Origin: Calcarisporiella thermophila CBS 279.70
Taxonomy: Eukaryota; Fungi; Calcarisporiellomycota
Direction of reading: 5' to 3'
Assembly (NCBI RefSeq): GCF_041956535.1
Contig: NW_027192215.1
Location: 298,421 to 362,420, forward strand
Length of the DNA stretch: 64,000 nt
The notes beneath the pieces are model-generated. The model had not been told where the DNA came from. It worked only from the letters and a program-made list of their open reading frames with translations, and did not search any database. Of this stretch, positions 37,555 to 49,180 are shown in pieces (positions within the stretch are counted from its first letter, which is position 1; the number at the start of each line of letters is the position of its first letter). The translations under genes and the position numbers were made by a program.

Positions 37555-38726
37555 ATGGATGATGTACAGCAAGAGTATTTTGCGTTAAATTTAGCATCCA
37601 TAGTGTGTGCATTTTCGATCATGGCCATGGTCGTATGGCTAAGATGGACACAGGTAGACATTGCCAGCACTATTTCATTCAGGCTGTCATTTTGGATAGG
37701 TTTTGTGGATGTGCTCTATCGTGTATGTATAGCCTCTTATTGATCCCCTCTTCTGCCTTCAATCGGTTCCGGGGCACTTACCATGCATCTCCATTCGTTT
37801 GACTCAGGGCATATTTCTCTTTCGCACCAACTACTCTCTCATGGACACTCTGCTCCCCTCCCAGCCCCTGATCGTGCGTCTTCTTCTGGGATCAATCTAT
37901 ATCTTCCCACTTTGGTTTGCATTCCTTAATGTGACCATAGCCCTCGACTTGCACCTCTCCTTTCTCTGTCGACAATCCAATATGAAGAGGTTCCAACGTT
38001 GGTATCTTCCAGCGTCTTTCTTCGCAGCAATAGTCCTCGGAATCCCGATTATGCTAGTTGGGACACCTTACTGGGACAAGGAGCTTGTGAGTGAAGTGGC
38101 TAAAAATGTTCCCCCACCCACATCTTAGAGCTAATGTTTCGTTGTGCGTGTAATAGCACTCTGTCATGTTCGACTGGAACTTCTCTACGTCCATCGCAAT
38201 CGAGCTTCTTTGTTCAGATATATGGATGGCATTTGCGATTGTGTATGCCTTCTTCATTATTCTCGCGGTGCTCTTTCAAATCCTAAAGGATCTCAAGGCT
38301 ATAAAAGTACGCACCCAAACTATTCAGTACGAATTTCGAGAGAAGGAGGGGCAACTTGTCTGCTCAGTTCTGCGAATCTTACTCTATCCATGCGTGCTAG
38401 TCATCTGCCAGCCTGCGACCATTGTGGTTAGCTGGCTTTTCGTCACCGACACCGCGTTTACTAAGCTCGGTTCGGCAATAAGACGCATAGAGGCGATTAC
38501 GAATGGGTTGCAAGGAATTCTTAATCTCATTGTCTTTCTCATCAATCCTGCAGTTGCACGAGCACTCTGTCGTGTACCATGGATCAAAAGATTTTTAAAT
38601 CGCATATTTCCAAGCAATAACCAGATCCACATGGTTGAAAACGGTGCGGCGATTGACATCATGGTTGCTCGTCTGGACAATCAAGGTGCCATGAATTCCA
38701 GCTCAAATATACCCCCTAGTGCATAA
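37555..38726 (+). CDS. 7TM GPCR with subfamily A exon structure, 338 aa (exons 37555-37722, 37808-38086, 38157-38726)
   Basis: TISFRLSFWIGFVD, WFAFLNVTIALDLHLSF, RILLYP and GLQGILNLIVFLINP motifs. 279-nt middle exon. Confidence 0.87.
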
Positions 38727-39293
38727 ACCGAATTATCATCAAATGCTCAGTTATTATTTAATATTCTGTATGATTGCTATAAGCCTATTATGTGCATTAG
38801 AAATGTGTTTTTAGCTTCATGCTGGCCCTATATTTTCTTTAGCTTTTCTTTGAAATGGAGAGTGGGAAAAATATCCTCCTGGTGTCAAATTTGAATCTGA
38901 ATATGAAATTTTCATATTGTATCCCCGTTTCTAAGTTTTCCCAAGTCAAGAGAGCTCGCAAGTCTAATAGTATGAGTTAGGGGTCTGCTAGCAGAGAGGG
39001 TCTATTGCAGTTTTAGTATTGTTGAAAAGTCGCATTCTTCGTCCTCTGATAATCCCTTTGCTACACTATACAAGGTGTGAATGATCAATTTTAATACCAT
39101 GATTGCGTCCGTGTCCACAAATCACATGCGGCGCAGCGTCATGTCTTGTGACCGTCAACCCAAGGGTGGGGATTAAAATGATAGCCAAGATTCTTGAGCT
39201 CCTTTTCTTTTCCTTGCTACTTTGCTTCTAATCACCATCGATCATTATTAATCGGTTACCACACGAATAAGCATCATTGAATATACTCAGAAC

Positions 39294-39837
39294 ATGCGTT
39301 CTAAATTTAAAGACGAGCATCCATTCGGTAAGATTAACTTTCCGTTACTTTTAATTTTATATTGGTGGGGAACCATAAGTGGGATACGCATGAAGAATGA
39401 AAGCATAATGTGCATTTTTCACTAATTCGCTCTGATATTTAGAGAAGAGAAAGGCGGAGGCGGACCGCATTCGCCAAAAGTATCCTGACCGTATTCCTGT
39501 AAGTGCTCTACCCCGTGCCACCAGCCTTGTTCTTTAACCAGGTATTAACTCGTTTTATTGAACGCCATTTTAGGTAATCTGTGAGAAGGCAGACCGCTCT
39601 GACATCCCCGACATTGATAAGAAGAAATACCTTGTACCTGCGGACTTAACTGTGGGTCAATTTGTATATGTGATTAGAAAGCGAGTGCAGCTGCAAGCCG
39701 AGAAGGCCATATTCTTGTTCGTGGATGACATGCTCCCTCCGACAGCAGCCCTCATGTCTGCAATCTACGACGAGCACAAGGATGAGGACGGTTTCCTGTA
39801 TATTACTTACTCTGGCGAGAATACTTTTGGGAATTGA
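39294..39837 (+). CDS. ATG8: Autophagy ubiquitin-like protein Atg8 (2 introns)
   Basis: [36 protein letters not shown]...[15 protein letters not shown]...YSGENTFGN*. Confidence 0.98.
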
Positions 39838-40156
39838 GATGTAATTTTTTTTCTATGTGTAGATTTTTCTTTTTCTCCTAGCGTTTATTTAGTGAAATAT
39901 CTTTCCTATTTTTTGCACTTTTTTCCCTTTCTGACGGAGTGTATTTCTCTCGTTTATCACTTTCGCAGTAACCTTCTCTCTTGATTAATTTCTATTATTC
40001 CAATCATTTTTCTCGCTCTTTTTCTTTTTGTTAATTTCCAAAGGTTAAATGATATAAACAATGCGTATTTCATTGAGATCTTGAAGGAAAAATAAAACAT
40101 TGGAGAACAATCCGCTTTCATACTCTAAAAATACAAAATAACATCCTATATTATTT

Positions 40157-40896
40157 CTACACGTCCAGCTCCTCCTCAGTGTCCCTGCCCAGCGAGAGCC
40201 GTAGTCGCTTCCTCTCCCCTCCACTCCCAACGACGACCCTAGTTTTTTTCTTCTTCAATACACCTCTCGATGCGATACTGGAGCGATCATCGCTCGAGTC
40301 ATCATCATCACGCTCACGCAGGGCGATAGCCTAGTAGGGTCAAAGCCAAATAGATAGCACATTAGTTATCCGGGAGGGCAACAAAGTAGAAGATTAATGC
40401 GCTTGTTGGGGGAAGAGGGATAGTAGGAGATCAAATAAAAAGGGAGCTAGAGCGATGGATTACCTTTGCAAAAGTGGTCGAACTCATGGAAAAGAGCCGA
40501 TCGGCATCGGTTATCCTTCGCCTTCTCTCTCCAGCAATGGCTCGCCCGCCCAAATAACCCTCGAATCCCCGTATAATATTTCCATATTGCTGGGTGTCCT
40601 CAAGGTAGTTGCCCTCATACATGTAGATCGATTGCTCAAGCTTAGTCTATTAAAAAGGTTGATATCAGAGATCAGGTGATAGAGAATAGATGATGTGCGG
40701 GATGAGGCAATATACCAGGTTCTGATCAACTTGTTTCTTGCGCGAGAGTAGTTCCTGGAGCTCATGCTTCACCTCCTCGTACTGCTCCATGGTTGGTTTC
40801 TGTAAGATCGACCCAATTAGCAGGGGTCTACCTAGCATATTCAATAGTAGGAATTCTCACCTCGGTATTAGCGCTCGTATTACTGATGTCCGGCAT
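40157..40896 (-). CDS. EAF6: NuA4 histone acetyltransferase subunit Eaf6 (multi-exon)
   Basis: [47 protein letters not shown]...DRLFSMSS. Confidence 0.9.
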
Positions 40897-41463
40897 GGTC
40901 TATCTATAAATATGATGTGAAATGATTCTTTCGACCACAATTGTGGATCGCTTTGATTAAAGCTCTTCAGAGGGTCAAGCTAACAGGCTGCGCCGCAATT
41001 CACATCAAATTTAAGCCCTCGTGATCAGGAAATTTGATTAGAGCACTCAGGATTGAAATATCGAAGCAGGCAAATTTTCGGAATACAGCAAGAACATACT
41101 TCGTGTATTATTATCGAAAATTCATGGAGATCTGTCGTCTTTTGCCATGAGAATCTTTCATTCTAATATTGGGAGTAGGTTTTGTTTCTTTTTTAAAAGA
41201 AACCACTGAACTGTCTGAGGATGATGCAGATAATATTTTGAAAAATAAAATAGTGGAAGACATTGATTTAAAGCCGAGGCTGGTCTAAAAAGCATTTTCA
41301 ATTATGATACTAAATGGTAGAGTGTCCTTCAATCCGAGCGTTGAGTATAGAAAAAGAGAAGAGATCAGACAAAAAGAGATGAAATAACATGGCCTAAAAA
41401 GACAGTTGTAAAGAATAATTACACCTTTTACAATAAAGCAACCGCCAGAGAGCACACATGGCA

Positions 41464-42232
41464 CTAATGCAACCTCCGAAAGCTCTCTGATACCCTGTTG
41501 ACCGACCCACTTGTTCCAATGCCCGGCTTTCGCTTTAGCTTGTTGACCTCTTGGACCGCAGACACGATCTCGGAGATATTCGTCTCAAGCACCTAGTGTA
41601 ATTCGCGTGGTTAGCGATATGAGCTTGCAAAAAAGGAACTTATAGGGCCTTACCATTCCGCCAGAAATGACTTCGGAGAGGATGTGATGCACCTATATTC
41701 AGCAATGAAAATATATTAGCGAACACCGCTCCACCACCGGTAAGAAAAACGCGAACATTACCTCTTCAAAATGGAATATCAGATCCAGCTCACATACATT
41801 TTCAAAGCATCTATCCAGACTCTCCACGAACACCTATTCGCATCCCATTGATTGTTAGCGACATTCTGGTATTGCACTCAACATCAAATTGCCCCACCTG
41901 TATCAAGTCTAGAATTCCGAGCTCACTTTCACAGTCATCTACCACAAAGACAAAATAGAGTGTTGCATAATGACGATAAATCACACGTGTGTCTTTCCCT
42001 CCGAGCATCTGACTCCCCTCCAGGAAATTGCACACGGTATCCGGGCGCTTTGACACTAGCGTATAGATCTCTTGGAGAAGGGCTTGTTGCGTTGCAATGT
42101 CCTATACAAGCCAAACATTGGTTGGTATGGAAAAACACATTAAGAAAAAAGCAAAATGATTACAATCTGCTGGTAGAATTTAGTTAATCGGGGCTTCCCA
42201 TGGTTATTAAATATAAGGACCGATTTGATCAT
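41464..42232 (-). CDS. APS3: AP-3 adaptor complex sigma subunit (5 exons)
   Basis: MIKSVLIFNNHGKPRLTKFY...VCNFLEG...IYRHYATLYFVFVVD..ESELGILDLIQVFVESLDRCFENVCELDLIFH...GGMVLETN. Confidence 0.95.
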
Positions 42233-42371
42233 GGTTATACGTTAAAAAGATAGCCTTCAGCCGAAAAATAACCTAAAGACACCTTTTAGAGAATTGTGGC
42301 GCATTTTTTCCATAATCATCCACTGTAATTTCTGCCTGGCTCTCGCAAACATTTCGATCGATTCCATCGCC

Positions 42372-42996
42372 ATGGCAGAAAACGACCCGCCTCGCTCTGC
42401 CGATGCATCCACATCGGGTCAGAACAAACCCTCCTCGTTGACCGATGCTGTCAAAGTAACTACCGATTGAGATTGGCGCTGCACCTGTTCCACTGACGCT
42501 AATGCATTACACTTTAATGGATAGACCATTTCCTTGTCTGATTTCCAAAACATTGGTCGAATGCCGTGTGCACGCTCCAGTCTTCTCTATGGAATTGGCA
42601 GTGGCTTCGGCGTCGGTGGTATCCACTACCTCCTTCGAGGTAGTACTGAATTCTATCCGCTTTTCGTGCATTCTAAGGCTGGTTGCTAATGGGTTTTTTT
42701 GGGTGGAGGATAGGCAATCTAAGAAGGGCATGCAACTGGAGCGTGGGTGCTTTCTGTCTTGTGTCGATTGCTTCCTGGTAACTGTCCTTTTCTCCCAGCT
42801 GACTCGAGAGGGGACTGGAGAGACGGATGCTAACGGGTTTGGATGGGATAGGGAGCTCTGCCAGAGCAAGCGTAGAGCGGCCGCGCAGCGGATACAGACC
42901 ATCATCCAGCAGGCCGAAGAGACACGGCGGAGGAAGCTCGAGAGGAAGGCCGCTGTAGAGCAAGCACAGGACAAGCCGGAGGTAGACGGCGTCTAG
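42372..42996 (+). CDS. COX20: Cytochrome c oxidase assembly protein Cox20 (4 exons)
   Basis: Spliced frame reads MPCARSSLLYGIGSGFGVGGIHYL...RACNWSVGAFCLVSIASWELCQSKRR, which is the Cox20 pattern. Confidence 0.85.
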
Positions 42997-43783
42997 TTTG
43001 CCGGGTGGGGGAAGAAAATTTGGAGCCGTCTTGCCGAATTCTTGGAGGAGGAGAGTGACTGTTAGACTCAATGTGATGATAAAAATTTTCTGTTATTTTT
43101 TCTCTTTTCTTCGTTGTTGCATTGCACCTTCACCCCCTTCATTGTTGCTGTTTTTGTCTCATTGGCAACTATATCAGAGTCCTATTTATTTATCCTCGAT
43201 ATCCCACCCTACGTCTGCATTGCTGGTAAAAATCGTCTTTTGCGTAGCGCTGGCTATAGACAAGAGAAGCTCCGTGGCCGATATTAACCCTGATCTCCCC
43301 ATTGCAGCCACGATTACGTCTCTTTTCCTTCTCCACACGAACTGACGTAGTCCTGTATATAAGGGGTTGCAAGAATCTAGCCATTCCATCTAGCATTGCC
43401 AATAGGCTATTTATCATTCCAGCTTCCGCCCTTTTTTATTGGATCACCACGCCCTTGCGCAATCAAGTATTCAAGGTAGGCTATCTCTTCCCTGATCTAT
43501 TACGTGTACTTTGGGGGTGTAGGCTAATGCCATGATCTCTAGTTTTGGATTCAACCAGAATCTCCGAATTGATTGGTGGGGGGGAATTCTCCGGGGATTA
43601 CACAGCCGGTAGGGCATCGCCTCGCTATCTCTCACATTTGCTGGGCATTAACCCTCCTCCCTTTTGCCATTAGACCCCCCAACCAGCACACAAGAGCCAC
43701 TCACATCGTCAAGACCACCCACCCACAACCTCCCCTCTGACAACGAGGACGAAAGCGCGCACCCTCGCAAGCGCGCACGCACC

Positions 43784-46118
43784 ATGTCTAAATCTCTTCC
43801 CTCCGCCCTTAACGGCACTCCCTCCCTCTCAACGGCCACCCCCTCCAAATCGCTAGCCTCCACGCCGACGCCGACATCCGCAGGCCTGCTGACGAAGCTG
43901 GGGCGTGCTGGCGAGCTCTTCAAGACGGAGGAAATGGTGAGGCTAATGGTCCAGGCCCTGCGGGATCTGGGGCTCAACCAGTCCGCCACCCAGTTGGAGG
44001 CGGAGAGTGGGGTCAGCCTTGAAACGCCGGCTGTCTCCACGTTCAAGCGCTTTGTCCTCTCCGGAGACTGGGACGACGTGGAGACCGCTGTGCTTGAGTT
44101 TGTCGACTCGACCGATGCGCCGCAAGTCCAGCTCCTCATACGACGGCAAAAGTACCTCGAGCTGCTGGAACGGCGGCAGCTGAAGTCAGCGCTCGGCGTG
44201 CTGCAAGGGGAGCTGACCCCGTTGTTGAGCCTAAACGTGGAGGCCAAGGAGGGCATCGAAAAGGGGAGCAACAGGGGCTTGGGGCAGGAGACTTTGCACA
44301 CGCTGGCGAGCTATATGATGTGCGGCAGTGGCGACGAGTTGAGGCGACGGGCGGCATGGGATGGAGCGAAGGGGAAATCACGAAAAGCATTACTTGTCGA
44401 GTTGCAGAGTAGGTGTTTCAGCATCCTTTGTTCTTTGGTTTTGTCACCTTGCCTCCCGTCTGCTTACTTGATTTATCGACTCCTTTCCAACTTACACACA
44501 CCCACCCCTTCAATGGTCATCCCATTATTTTCTCGTCCCGTCTCTTGTTCCATGGCCAATTCCATTGACAGATTTTAGAGTGCTCCACTAACCCATATGC
44601 TCTCCCTCCCTTAGAATACATCTCCCCGACGATCATGGTGCCCGACCGGCGGTTGGAGCAACTGCTGCTGCAGGCAACCGAGCACCAGCGGGCCCAGTGT
44701 TTGTACCATAATGCAGGGGATGAAGAGGAGGACGAGGACGAGGAGGAAGAAGTCTCCTTGTTAACCGACCACAAATGCGACAAGTAAGCTGATGGGCGAT
44801 GGGTCCTCTTGACGGCTCACTGTGATTAACCCCCTCCCCCATCTCCTCTAACTGGCAGGGCTAGATTCCCGTGCACCACTCTGCACGTGCTAGAGCACCA
44901 CACCGACGAGGTCTGGTACATAGCCTTCTCCCACGACGGCCGGCAGCTCGCGTCTGCCTCCAAGGACCAGAGCATCGTCATTTGGAGCGTCGACGACGGA
45001 TACCTCTTGCGGGAGTTGATAGGGCACACCCACGAGGTGTCCTTTGTGGCCTGGTCGCCCAACGACGAGATGATTCTGAGCTGCGCCAACGACGGGGTCC
45101 GGTTATGGAAGCTCCCGGTGAGTAGGCTTTTCTCTCTCCCCTCGCCCCTTCATTTTCAGCAGCCCAATTCTATTACTGGACATGCTGCGCCACGTTTCCT
45201 AAGTATCTATAACCTAACCCTTTCCTCCATCCCCCTCTACCCTCCCCCCTACAGGAGGCGGAGTGCATCCGGACCATTCAACGGCACACCGATCAGGTCA
45301 CCTCGTGCGCGTGGCTGCCCGACGGCCAGCGCTTTGTCACCGCGGGCATGGACAAGAACCTCTATCTGTGGAGTATCGACGGCACCATGCTGCACCGGTG
45401 GACCACGGGGCGCATCATCTCGCTGGCCATGGACCCGCGGGGAGAATTCGTGGTGGGGGTGTGCTACGATCGGCGGATTAGGCGATATAACCTGATTGAC
45501 CGGGTGGAGGAAAAGTAAGCTTTCTCTCTCTCTCTCTCTTTACTCCACCGACGCGACGAGTCTAACCTGTATTGCCCTGTGGCTTGCAGCTATATCCAGG
45601 AGAGCGAGCCAATCACGTCTCTGAGCTTGGCGGCGGATGGGCGCCACGTGCTGGTGAATCTGAAGAGTTCGGTGAGTAGCCGCCCGCCGGGTCCCTCCCA
45701 GCTCTGGGCGGGCCCGCGGACGATGAGAAGGAGTCGCCTCCCGTGCGGTACTAATGTGTGTTTGTGTTCTGCGCAGGAGCTCCACCTCTGGGACATCCAG
45801 GACCGGCTTCTCCTCCGCACCTACACGGGGCACCGCCAGGGCGAGTTTGAGATCCGGTCGTGCTTTGGCGGCCACTCGCAGCGCATCATTGCGTCCGGGT
45901 CCGAGGACGGGGCGGTGTACTTGTGGAGCCGGGAGCGCGGAGCGCTCATGGAGGTGCTGGTGGGGCACGGCGGGGTGGTCAACGGGGTGGCGTGGAATCC
46001 GCGCGATGCGCGGATGTTTGCGAGCGCGTCGGACGACAAGAGCGTGCGGGTGTGGGTGGGCGAGCGCCAGCGGCCCGAGGGCAAGGGCAAGGGCAAGCGG
46101 AAGGGCGGCCCTGTGTGA
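43784..46118 (+). CDS. LisH/CTLH + WD40 protein, WDR26/Gid7-like CTLH E3 ligase subunit (start uncertain; frame open from about 43650)
   Basis: EMVRLMVQALRDLG..QSATQLEAESG (LisH), LIRRQKYLELLE (CTLH), WDGAKGKSRKALLVELQ, MVPDRRLEQLL, HTDEVWYIAFSHDG, IRSCFGG...IASGSED and NGVAWNP...FASASDD. Confidence 0.88.
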
Positions 46119-47854
46119 ACCGGCCAATCCCATGCAGTCTCGTTACCACGCCCCCTCCCCCCCCGCGCTCTACTCTCTACTGCGCCGTGCGGTTCTCCTA
46201 CTCCCTGTGCATTGTCTCGGTTCTCTTTGTTGCTATCTCCATCGGGGGACGGCTTTGGTTTTCCTGGTTATTCTTTTTCCGTGTCTTTTGTCTCCGTTTC
46301 TCGCCATGTGACTGGTTTTCTCATTCCCTGCTTGTTTCCGCCCTTCTTCCACATCTCAATCCATTACAATACAATATACTAAACAGGAAGCTGAGATTTT
46401 TTGGGTTTTTCCAAATTTTCCCGGCGCCTGCCATTGGGGTTTTCTCGCGTGGATAAAAATCGTTCCATGTGGCCCAGTCGCACTTTATCGCTTCTGGCCC
46501 AGCGTCGGCCTTTGAAAGTGGGATTCTCCATTACTAACCGCCTCGGCGTGTGGCAACGCGCGAGTCAGGCGGATTTGGGTTAGGCGCGGGAGGCGGTGAC
46601 GTTCGCGGGGAGCCATCCCCGGCGGAGGGGCGGCGGGGGCGGCGGGGGCGGCGGCTAGGAGGCCCCCGGCGGGGTAGGTTAGGTTAGCTCGGGCGATCTG
46701 GCGAGAAAAGGGGGGAAGATGGGCGGAGGAGGCGATTGGGCGGGGGGAAGGGTTTGTTCCACGGGATTGGTTGGTGGGAAAGATTTGTTTTTGAGTTGCG
46801 TTTGGGCTGAACAATCCAAGAGGAGGTAGGTTGTTCAGCAGTGCGACTGTGCTGGGGGGGGGGGGGTGGGGTCCGCCGCGGCCAGAGGGGCGGTAGGGGA
46901 TCCGGCCGTGCGATGATCTGGTTTCTCCGGCTTGGTGCGCAATATAATTTTTTTTTTTTCCACCGGCACGGAGCCGGCAGGGTGGGCGGGCGGGCTTGGC
47001 CCAAGATTGGTGAATTCTAACCTCGTCTTGTGTAAACGTGGACAGATTGGCTTTTTTTAATTTCTGATTTCCTGAGGGAACAATGCGGGCGGCGGGCATG
47101 AATCACGGCGGCGCCGGCGCGGGCTGCGGCATGCGCATCGGCGGGGGGCAGATCGCAGGCGAGGCCCAGGAGCGCGGGAATGTCTCGTTTGTCAGGCGGT
47201 GCTTATGCGATCGGAGGGCGATTGGATGCGCGCAGAATTGCAGCATTGAATTGGACAAAAGAAGAAGGGGTGAAACGCGGTGATTTGCATTTTTTTTTTC
47301 CCTCTTCCAATGCCCCTGACATGACCACCCGGAGCCCACACACAAATCACCGCCAGCCGCATCAGCCCGGATCGAACCGCCAACAGGCGGGCTTCTTTTC
47401 CGGCTGCGGGGCTCTGGCCCAGGCCGCGAAGGGAAAGCATAAGCAAAATTCCAGTGTCCGCATCGCGCATTTTTCTTTTTAGAGTTCTCAGACGGGCTGG
47501 CCCAAGGACTGGTTGCGGACGAGTCGGCCGGGTGGTGTGTTGGTTTTACACGCACGCCCGCCCCCTCTTTTCTCATCGCCCTCTTGAACTCAAATTGGTT
47601 TGCCTCCCTCAACTCTACTTTTGTTGGCCTCTTCTGCCCACGGCCTCATCCGCATCCGCCCTCTCTCCCGCTCTCTCTCTCTCCCTCCCGCGTCTGGAAA
47701 ATGACCAGGCCCCTCCCGCGTGCACTTGCTCTTGCCTCTTGCTGAATTGCGCGCTAATTGCCTCCTCGCCTGCTCGCCATCTACCCGTCCCCATCCCCCG
47801 CATCCCTCCTCTCTCTCCCAATCCATCCGCTGCCGCTCATCCCCGCGCCTGACA

Positions 47855-49180
47855 ATGACGGCTCATCCGGCCTCGTCGGCCGCCCCATGGTACCCCCTCG
47901 CCATGATGGACATCCTCCGCCCCCCACGCGTCATCCCCGCCTCCGCACAGCCCGCGCTCTCCCTCGCACCCGCCGCGCCCGCCCCCCCGCCCGCCGCCCA
48001 GCCGCTCATATACCTCCCGCAGCCCTCCACGCTCCTCCCGCATCCATCGCATCTGCCCCTCCCGCTCCCCAAGACCGTGTACGCCGCGCCGGCGTCGTGC
48101 GTCCCCGCCTACCGCCTGCCGCCGCTCGTCTTCCACCGCCCCATCGCCTTCCCGCCGCTGCGGCAGCTGCAGCCAATGATGGAGGTGCATCCGTCGCCGC
48201 CCGCTTCGCCGCCGCGCACCGTGCCTGAGCCGCGGCAGGAGGAATGCCTGGCGGACATGACGGCCCGCATGGCATGCTTCTTGTGGTACGGCCGGCCCAG
48301 CCCTCCCCCCGCATGCTCCCTGGCCGGCGGGAGAGGCGGCGGAGCGGACGGAGACAGTCGCATGCTGTTCGCCCGCTTTTGCCGCCGGCTCTTCGAGGCC
48401 ACGCGGGTCACGTCCGCCAACTGCCTCCTCGCCCTCCTCTACATCTACCGATACCGACGCGCCCAGCCCAACGTGCGCGGCTCGCCTGGCTGCGAGTACC
48501 GCCTCTTGACCGTCGCGCTGCTGCTGGCGAACAAATTCCTCGACGACAGCACCTACACCGCGCGGACGTGGGCGGACGTGAGCGGGATCCCCGTGCGCGA
48601 GGTGGTGGTGATGGAGGTGGAGTTCCTGGCCGCTCTCGACTACAAGCTCTGGGTCGACCCCCACGAGTTTGCCGGCTGGAAGGAGCGCGTGGAGCAGTGG
48701 ACCGGCATGGGCGATGGGCTCCTGGTGTCCCTGGCGTCCAACTTCGGGTCGCCGGCGCTGCGCACCCCCCTGAGGCTGGTTGCGGTGCCGTGCGAGGACT
48801 CGCCGCTGATGACGCCGGGGTACGGCTCGCCGACCCTCAACCTATTGCACCAGCAGCAGCACCAGCACATTTGCTACCATAAGCAGCATCAGCAACCCCA
48901 ACCGCTCCAGCACCCGCAGCCTCTTCAGCGCCAGCAGCCATACCACTACCATCAAATCACGCCCGTCACAAGCCCCACCCGCCGGAGGCGGAGGCGCCAG
49001 CAACAACAGCAGCACTACCAGCAGCTTTTGTCCGCCCAGCAGCAGCAGCAGATCCAGGTGGTGCCCGAGTGGACCGAGGACCGCGCGTGCGGTCTGAAAC
49101 GGCGTAGTGATGAGGATATGGAGGAGCGAACGAAGCGGCTGGCAACGGAACGGGCATGGTATGGGGTTATCCATGTCTGA
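47855..49180 (+). CDS. Pho85-type cyclin (PCL/Clg1-like), intronless, Pro-rich N-terminus and Gln-rich C-terminus
   Basis: FCRRLFEATRVT...LLALLYIYR...EYRLLTVALLLANKFLDDSTYTARTWADVSG....VMEVEFLAALDYKL cyclin box. First ATG is at 47855. Confidence 0.88.
   Translation: MTAHPASSAAPWYPLAMMDILRPPRVIPASAQPALSLAPAAPAPPPAAQPLIYLPQPSTLLPHPSHLPLPLPKTVYAAPASCVPAYRLPPLVFHRPIAFPPLRQLQPMMEVHPSPPASPPRTVPEPRQEECLADMTARMACFLWYGRPSPPPACSLAGGRGGGADGDSRMLFARFCRRLFEATRVTSANCLLALLYIYRYRRAQPNVRGSPGCEYRLLTVALLLANKFLDDSTYTARTWADVSGIPVREVVVMEVEFLAALDYKLWVDPHEFAGWKERVEQWTGMGDGLLVSLASNFGSPALRTPLRLVAVPCEDSPLMTPGYGSPTLNLLHQQQHQHICYHKQHQQPQPLQHPQPLQRQQPYHYHQITPVTSPTRRRRRRQQQQQHYQQLLSAQQQQQIQVVPEWTEDRACGLKRRSDEDMEERTKRLATERAWYGVIHV

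Noticed and set aside
45540-49174. Many long overlapping or antisense ORFs (e.g. 45540-46133, 46485-47099, 47837-48664)
   Set aside because: Shadow ORFs from high GC content around the WDR26-like and cyclin genes, with no recognisable domains.
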